DNA of 40,928 nucleotides from positions 1-40,928 of the forward strand of contig JANTFR010000003.1 in assembly GCA_024763355.1 (NCBI GenBank). Reading direction: 5' to 3'. Source of the stretch: Anaerolineales bacterium. GTDB lineage: Bacteria; Chloroflexota; Anaerolineae; Anaerolineales; DRKV01. The notes below the pieces were generated by a model. It was not told the origin of the DNA. It ran no database searches and was given only the letters and a program-made list of their open reading frames with translations. Made by a program: the position numbers and the translations under genes. Positions 36,070 to 40,928 of the stretch are shown piece by piece. Each line of letters opens with the position of its first letter. Positions within the stretch are counted from its first letter, which is position 1.

Positions 36070-36420
36070 TTACTCTGACCTTGTGTCGTGATGCAGTGCA
36101 TCGCGTTTAGCGAGCGCTGCTTGTAGCCGCTCCGAAAAAACTGACCCGTCGCGATATTGGTAGGGCCAGACGTACCCTTTGGAAAATATACCGATGTGGT
36201 CGCCATCGTGTAAGTCGTCTTCCAATGCCACCGTCATGCCGGGCATATCGGACAGGACAGCATTGACGAAAACGTAGGTTGTTTCTTCTGCCTGAATGCC
36301 AATCGAATCATACAAATCCTTGATTTTGGATGCTTCCGGCAGTGAGATTTTTTTAGTGGCTATAAATTTCCCGCCGAGCAATTTCGATAATTTGCCATAG
36401 ATAGCAACATCTACAATCAT
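36070..36420 (-). CDS. MoaD/ThiS-like beta-grasp protein lacking Gly-Gly, with ~35-aa C-terminal extension
   Basis: MIVDVAIYGKL...KIKDLYDSIGI...YVFVNAVL...LHDGDHIGIFS then KGYVWPYQYRDG...HHDTRSE. Confidence 0.78.
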   Translation of the reverse strand: MIVDVAIYGKLSKLLGGKFIATKKISLPEASKIKDLYDSIGIQAEETTYVFVNAVLSDMPGMTVALEDDLHDGDHIGIFSKGYVWPYQYRDGSVFSERLQAALAKRDALHHDTRSE

Positions 36421-36481
36421 GATGGGGCTCTTAATCCTGGTTCGCGCCGGTTCGCCTTGACCCAATTTTTCATACAATCAC

Positions 36482-36487
36482 ATTATA
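36482..36487 (-). promoter_or_regulatory. -10 box of the aor operon
   Basis: TATAAT about 60 nt upstream of ATG 36420; no clear -35. Confidence 0.45.
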
Positions 36488-36576
36488 GCCTTTTTTCCCT
36501 GTTTTGTGGCAGCGAGTTGATATGCAATCTGTGCTTTGTGCTTCTCAACTGGCCTCGTTTCTCCCCTGCTCGGACT

Positions 36577-36633
36577 CCGACTATCCGACCATCCCACCAT
36601 TCACTTATCGCACTATCCAACTACAACTACCCG
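36577..36633 (+). repeat. Highly degenerate 8-mer repeat related to the 18228 array
   Basis: tccgacta tccgacca tcccacca ... tcgcacta tccaacta. Confidence 0.6.
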
Positions 36634-36658
36634 CGCTCGCGCCCGACCCTATGCCCGA

Positions 36659-36667
36659 TGGTATAAT
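36659..36667 (+). promoter_or_regulatory. Extended -10 promoter of obgE, near-leaderless
   Basis: TGgTATAAT 9 nt before ATG 36677; no SD. Confidence 0.65.
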
Positions 36668-36676
36668 CCTCCCGCT

Positions 36677-37936
36677 ATGTTCATTGACGAAGTTAAAATT
36701 TACGTGCAATCGGGAAAAGGCGGCGACGGGATGGTGCACTTCCGCCGCGAAAAATACATCCCCCGCGGCGGCCCCGACGGGGGCGACGGCGGGCGCGGCG
36801 GAGATGTCACCCTGGTGGTCAATCCCCACCTGAATACCCTGGCCGCTTTCCGCCACAAGCGCCATTTTCGCGCCGCTTCCGGAGGCAAAGGCGGTCCCAA
36901 CAACCGCACCGGCAAGTCGGCGGAGCCTCTCCTGTTGGACGTGCCTCCCGGCACGGTAGTTTACGATGCCGATACGGGAGAAGTCCTGGGCGACCTGGTG
37001 GAGCCGGGACAGCGCCTCGTGGTGTGCCGCGGTGGGCGCGGCGGGCGCGGCAACGCCCGCTTTGCCACCGCCCGCCGGCAGGTTCCCCGCCTTGCGGAGC
37101 GCGGCGAACCGGGGGAGGAACGCTGGCTGCGTCTGGAACTCAAGTTGATTGCGGATGTCGGCATCGTGGGCGTGCCCAACGCGGGCAAATCTACCCTCCT
37201 TTCGACGGTCACCAACGCCAAACCGAAAATTGCGCCCTACCCCTTCACCACCCTGGAACCCAATCTGGGGGTGGCTGAACTTGATGACGAGACCAGTCTC
37301 GTTTTGGCCGACATCCCCGGCCTCATTGAGGGGGCACACCAGGGATTGGGGCTGGGCGACCAGTTCTTGCGCCACATCCAGCGCACCCGCGTCCTCATCC
37401 ACCTGTTGGACGGCACCGCCGAGAACCCGCTCCTGGATTTCCAGCAAATCAATGCCGAACTGGCCCTCTTCGACCCCGGCCTGGGGGAGAAACCTCAAGT
37501 AGTGGCTTTCAACAAGATGGATTTGCCTGAGGCCCAGGCGCGCTGGCCCCAGGTGGAAACCGCCCTGCGAGAACGCGGTTACGACCCCCTTCCCGTTTCA
37601 GCGGCTACCGGCGAGAACCTGCGGGATTTGCTCTACCGCGCCGTCCGCCTCCTGGCCGAAATTCCGCCAGAGGAGAAAACCGTGGCCGTCCCCGTCTATC
37701 GTCCCGAAAGCGACCCGCGGGCCTTCGAAATCCTGCGGGAAGGGGATGCCTGGCGGGTGCAGGGAGCGGCCATCGAGCGCGCCGCTGCCATGACCTACTG
37801 GGAGTATCCCCAGGCAGTGCGGCGTTTCCAGCGCATCCTGGAGACCCTGGGGGTGGATGCCGCCCTGCGTGAGGCGGGCGTGCAAGAGGGCGACACCGTC
37901 CTGATTGGCGATTTCACCCTCACCTGGGAGGCCTGA
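36677..37936 (+). CDS. obgE: GTPase ObgE/CgtA
   Basis: [53 protein letters not shown]-terminal OCT domain. Confidence 0.98.
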   Translation: MFIDEVKIYVQSGKGGDGMVHFRREKYIPRGGPDGGDGGRGGDVTLVVNPHLNTLAAFRHKRHFRAASGGKGGPNNRTGKSAEPLLLDVPPGTVVYDADTGEVLGDLVEPGQRLVVCRGGRGGRGNARFATARRQVPRLAERGEPGEERWLRLELKLIADVGIVGVPNAGKSTLLSTVTNAKPKIAPYPFTTLEPNLGVAELDDETSLVLADIPGLIEGAHQGLGLGDQFLRHIQRTRVLIHLLDGTAENPLLDFQQINAELALFDPGLGEKPQVVAFNKMDLPEAQARWPQVETALRERGYDPLPVSAATGENLRDLLYRAVRLLAEIPPEEKTVAVPVYRPESDPRAFEILREGDAWRVQGAAIERAAAMTYWEYPQAVRRFQRILETLGVDAALREAGVQEGDTVLIGDFTLTWEA

Positions 37937-38563
37937 ATGCTGCGCCTGGGGGTTTTCGGCGGCACTTTCGACCCGCCGCACATCGGGCATCTCATCCTGG
38001 CGGCGGAGGCGCAGCATCAATTGGCGCTGGAACGCGTCCTGTGGGTTTTGGCGGCCAATCCGCCCCACAAGCACGGTTACTCCCCCGTGGAGCGGCGCCT
38101 GGCGATGGTGCAAACTGCTATCGCCAGGGAGCCGCGCTTCGTGCTCTCTCGCGTCGATATCGACCGTCCTCCCCCGCATTACGCCCTCGATACCGTGCGG
38201 ATTTTGCGGGAAGTTTACCCCGCTGCGGAACTCGTCTACCTGATGGGGAGCGACTCCCTGTTGGATTTGCCCACCTGGCATCGCCCGCGGGATTTTGTGG
38301 AGGCCTGCGACGCTTTGGGGGTGGTGCGCCGCCCTGGAGAGACTGCCACCCCGGATGAAGTCTTCCGCTCCCTGCCCGGCCTGCGGGAGAAAGTCCGCTT
38401 TGTGGATGCACCCCTCTTGCAAATTGCCTCCCGCGACATCCGGGCGCGGGCCGCTTCGGGGAGGCCGTTCCGCTACTTTCTGCCGGAGGGGGTTTACGAA
38501 CTGGTGCGCGCCTGGGGGTTGTACGCGAGGCGCACAGACCTCACAGGTCTCCGAGACCTGTGA
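37937..38563 (+). CDS. nadD: Nicotinate-nucleotide adenylyltransferase
   Basis: FGGTFDPPHIGH, PPHK, LMGSDSL..WH, IASRDIR. Confidence 0.96.
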   Translation: MLRLGVFGGTFDPPHIGHLILAAEAQHQLALERVLWVLAANPPHKHGYSPVERRLAMVQTAIAREPRFVLSRVDIDRPPPHYALDTVRILREVYPAAELVYLMGSDSLLDLPTWHRPRDFVEACDALGVVRRPGETATPDEVFRSLPGLREKVRFVDAPLLQIASRDIRARAASGRPFRYFLPEGVYELVRAWGLYARRTDLTGLRDL

Positions 38564-38568
38564 GGTCT
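38536..38568. repeat. Perfect palindrome of self-palindromic arms (REPIN-like) overlapping the nadD stop
   Basis: AGACCTCACAGGTCTC-C-GAGACCTGTGAGGTCT. Confidence 0.88.
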
Positions 38569-38596
38569 TGAGAAGGCCCTCCAAATTGGCTATACT
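38568..38596 (+). promoter_or_regulatory. Internal promoter for archease-rtcB
   Basis: TTGAGA-17 bp-TATACT, 9 nt before ATG 38606; no SD. Confidence 0.6.
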
Positions 38597-38605
38597 CAAG
38601 ATGCC

Positions 38606-39016
38606 ATGAGTTACCGCGAAATCGAACACACCGCCGATTGGGCGCTGGAAGTGACGGCCCCGGACGAGGCCTCCCTGCTGACGGAGGCGGCTCGCGGCAT
38701 GTATGCCCTGGCCGGGACGCGCCTGGCCCCCGTTCCGTCTCTCTCCCGCCGCCTGGAACTCTCCGCTCCCGACCTGGAGGGGCTGCTGGTGCGCTTTCTG
38801 GAGGAGTTGCTTTACCTGAGCGAGAGCGAAGGCGCGGCCTTCGACGCTTTCTCCCTGCGGGTGGAGTTTGCCGGCGATGAATGGCATCTGCACGCCGACC
38901 TGGGCGGCGCGCCCATCGAGGGCATGAACAAGGAAATTAAGGCCGTCACCTGGCACAACCTGCGCGTCCGCCGCACGCCCCGCGGCTTGCACACCGTCCT
39001 GGTTTTCGACGTTTGA
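38606..39016 (+). CDS. Archease
   Basis: [32 protein letters not shown], terminal VFDV. Confidence 0.95.
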   Translation: MSYREIEHTADWALEVTAPDEASLLTEAARGMYALAGTRLAPVPSLSRRLELSAPDLEGLLVRFLEELLYLSESEGAAFDAFSLRVEFAGDEWHLHADLGGAPIEGMNKEIKAVTWHNLRVRRTPRGLHTVLVFDV

Positions 39017-39030
39017 GTGAGGAGGCAGCC

Positions 39031-40482
39031 ATGATACGCTTGCAAGATTTGGTCCGTATCAGCGATACGGAGTGGGAAATCCCCCGCAGTTACCGCTCCG
39101 ATATGCGCGTCCCGGTGCGGATTTTCGCCACCCGCCGCCTGCTGGAAGAAGTGACCCGCGACAAATCCCTGGAGCAAGCCGTCAACGCGGCTACCCTTCC
39201 GGGACTGGTGGGACGCGTCCTCGTCATGCCGGATATGCACCAGGGGTACGGCTTCCCCATCGGGGGCGTGGCCGCTACCCGCTATCCGGATGGGGTCATC
39301 TCCCCCGGCGCCATCGGGTACGATATCAATTGCGGCGTTCGGCTGCTTGGCTCGCAAATCGAGTACGAAGAGGCCGAACCGTACCTGGATAGCCTGGCAA
39401 GCGCGCTGGATGCCCATTGCCCCAGCGGAGTGGGCGTCAAGGGGGCTGTGCGGGTGGAGGATGCGGAACTGAATCGCATCTGCCGGGAGGGGGCGCAGTG
39501 GGCCTTGAAGAAGGGCTATGCCACCGAAATGGACGTGCGCCGCACCGAGGAGGGGGGCCGCCTGGATGGTGCCGACCCGACGAAAATCAGCCCGCGCGCC
39601 AGAGAGCGCGGCAGGGTGCAGGTCGGTTCCCTGGGGGCGGGCAATCATTTCATCGAGGTTGACATGGTGGACGAAATCTTCGACCCCCATGCCGCCGAGG
39701 TGATGGGGCTGCGCCGGGGCGCTCTGGCGGTGCAAATCCACTGCGGCTCGCGCGGCCTCGGGCATCAGGTTTGCTCCGACTACGTGCGGACGTTTCAGGG
39801 CGCGGTGCGGCGCTACGGCATCCGCCTGCCGGACAGGGAACTGGTCTGCGCCCCGCTGGATTCTCCCGAAGGGCGGGATTATCTGGCGGCGATGCGCGCC
39901 GCGGCCAACTTTGCTTTCGTTAACCGGCAGGTGTTAGCGCACCAGGTGCGGCTGGCTTTCGAGCAGGCCCTGGCGGGCAAAGTGCGGAACTGGCACCTGC
40001 ATCAGGTCTATGATATCGCCCATAACATGGGAAAAATCGAGTGGCACGAAGTGGACGGGAAACGCCTGCGGGTGTGCGTCCACCGCAAGGGCGCGACGCG
40101 CGCCTTTGGGCCGGGGTCGCGGGAACTTCCCCCTGAATACCGCGAAATCGGGCAGCCGGTCATCATCCCCGGCTCGATGGGGACGGCTTCCTGGGTGCTG
40201 GTGGGCACGGCAGAGAGCATGGTGCGCTCTTTCGGCTCCACCTGCCACGGGGCGGGACGGGTGATGAGCCGTCGTCAGGCCAAAAAATCGGTGCGCGGCG
40301 ATGCTCTGCGGGAAAGACTGGAGAGCCGCGGCATCCACGTGCGCGCCGGTTCTATGCCGGGACTGGCGGAGGAAGCCCCGCAGGCTTACAAAGACGTGGA
40401 TGAGGTGGTCGAGACCGTCAGCCGGGCCGGGATTGCCCGCAAAGTGGCGCGGCTGCGCCCCGTCGCGGTGGTGAAAGGGTAA
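39031..40482 (+). CDS. rtcB: RNA ligase RtcB
   Basis: [72 protein letters not shown]; SD GGAGG. Confidence 0.97.
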   Translation: MIRLQDLVRISDTEWEIPRSYRSDMRVPVRIFATRRLLEEVTRDKSLEQAVNAATLPGLVGRVLVMPDMHQGYGFPIGGVAATRYPDGVISPGAIGYDINCGVRLLGSQIEYEEAEPYLDSLASALDAHCPSGVGVKGAVRVEDAELNRICREGAQWALKKGYATEMDVRRTEEGGRLDGADPTKISPRARERGRVQVGSLGAGNHFIEVDMVDEIFDPHAAEVMGLRRGALAVQIHCGSRGLGHQVCSDYVRTFQGAVRRYGIRLPDRELVCAPLDSPEGRDYLAAMRAAANFAFVNRQVLAHQVRLAFEQALAGKVRNWHLHQVYDIAHNMGKIEWHEVDGKRLRVCVHRKGATRAFGPGSRELPPEYREIGQPVIIPGSMGTASWVLVGTAESMVRSFGSTCHGAGRVMSRRQAKKSVRGDALRERLESRGIHVRAGSMPGLAEEAPQAYKDVDEVVETVSRAGIARKVARLRPVAVVKG

Positions 40483-40517
40483 AAAAAAACAGGCAGGAGA
40501 GTCTCTCCTGCCTGTTT
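40482..40517. terminator. Bidirectional terminator between rtcB and the ABC ATPase
   Basis: AAAAAAAACAGGCAGGAGA-G-TCTCTCCTGCCTGTTT. Confidence 0.85.
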
Positions 40518-40532
40518 CGCCAGTCGGGGGGG

Positions 40533-40928
40533 TCAGTGCTGCAAAATCTGGGAAAGGAAAAGTTTTGTGCGGTCTTCTTGGGGGTTGTGGAAGACTTCCT
40601 CGGGAGGCCCGCTTTCCACGATTTGGCCTTCATCGAAGAAGTACATCGTGTCGGCCACGGCGCGAGCGAAGCCCATCTCGTGGGTGACAACCAGCATGGT
40701 CATCCCGCTTTCGGCCAGTTCCACCATTACGTCCAGCACTTCCTTAATCATTTCGGGGTCCAGGGCGGAGGTAGGCTCGTCGAAGAGCATGATTTTGGGC
40801 TTCATTGCCAGGGCGCGGGCGATGGCAACGCGTTGCTGCTGGCCGCCGGAGAGTTGGCCGGGGTATTTGTTGGCCTGTTCCGGGATGCCGACGCGCTTGA
40901 GCAGTTGCATGGCGGTTTCTTCGGCCTC
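40533..40928 (-). CDS. Polar amino acid ABC transporter ATP-binding protein (GlnQ type; partial, starts beyond the window)
   Basis: [41 protein letters not shown]. Confidence 0.95.
   Translation of the reverse strand, partial: EAEETAMQLLKRVGIPEQANKYPGQLSGGQQQRVAIARALAMKPKIMLFDEPTSALDPEMIKEVLDVMVELAESGMTMLVVTHEMGFARAVADTMYFFDEGQIVESGPPEEVFHNPQEDRTKLFLSQILQH

Noticed and set aside
36421-36560. Moco/tungsten riboswitch or Rex box upstream of the aor operon
   Set aside because: The leader after the -10 is only about 60 nt with no convincing multi-stem structure, and the best Rex-like match is too degenerate. A covariance-model search would be needed.
38601-38609. Mini-ORF ATG-CCA-TGA overlapping the archease start
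   Set aside because: Its ATG is only 4 nt after the -10, probably upstream of the transcription start; no support for translation.

Overview
GC-rich bacterial chromosomal segment. Gene content and the YLPLVMR-type C-terminus suggest Chloroflexota, probably Anaerolineae (inference). Housekeeping content: three tRNAs (Glu-CTC, Leu-CAG, initiator Met), fabH, a tal-pgi fusion, proC, F1-only ATP synthase genes atpAGDC, mreB, rex, obgE-nadD, archease-rtcB and a partial amino-acid ABC ATPase. Points of interest: (1) a tungsten-type aldehyde:ferredoxin oxidoreductase operon (29321-36420) with three ubiquitin-like MoaD/ThiS-fold genes, only one ending in Gly-Gly, plus an NTPase and a type II ABC importer, my best candidate for an undescribed W/Mo-cofactor handling system; (2) two apparent pseudo-enzymes heading operons: a PqqD-like/radical-SAM-fold protein with no CxxxCxxC, and a His->Gln histidine kinase upstream of LysM and LCP genes; (3) two secreted lamin-tail-domain proteins sharing a module but carrying different C-terminal sorting-like tails; (4) many small repeats, including a ~110-bp MITE-like element in three copies, REPIN-like double hairpins, palindromes translated in frame inside tal-pgi and 7/8/9-mer tandem arrays; (5) gene remnants (M42 peptidase start, MNT antitoxin end) and a Rex-like box over the atpA promoter. 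All calls come from reading motifs by eye; no searches were run.
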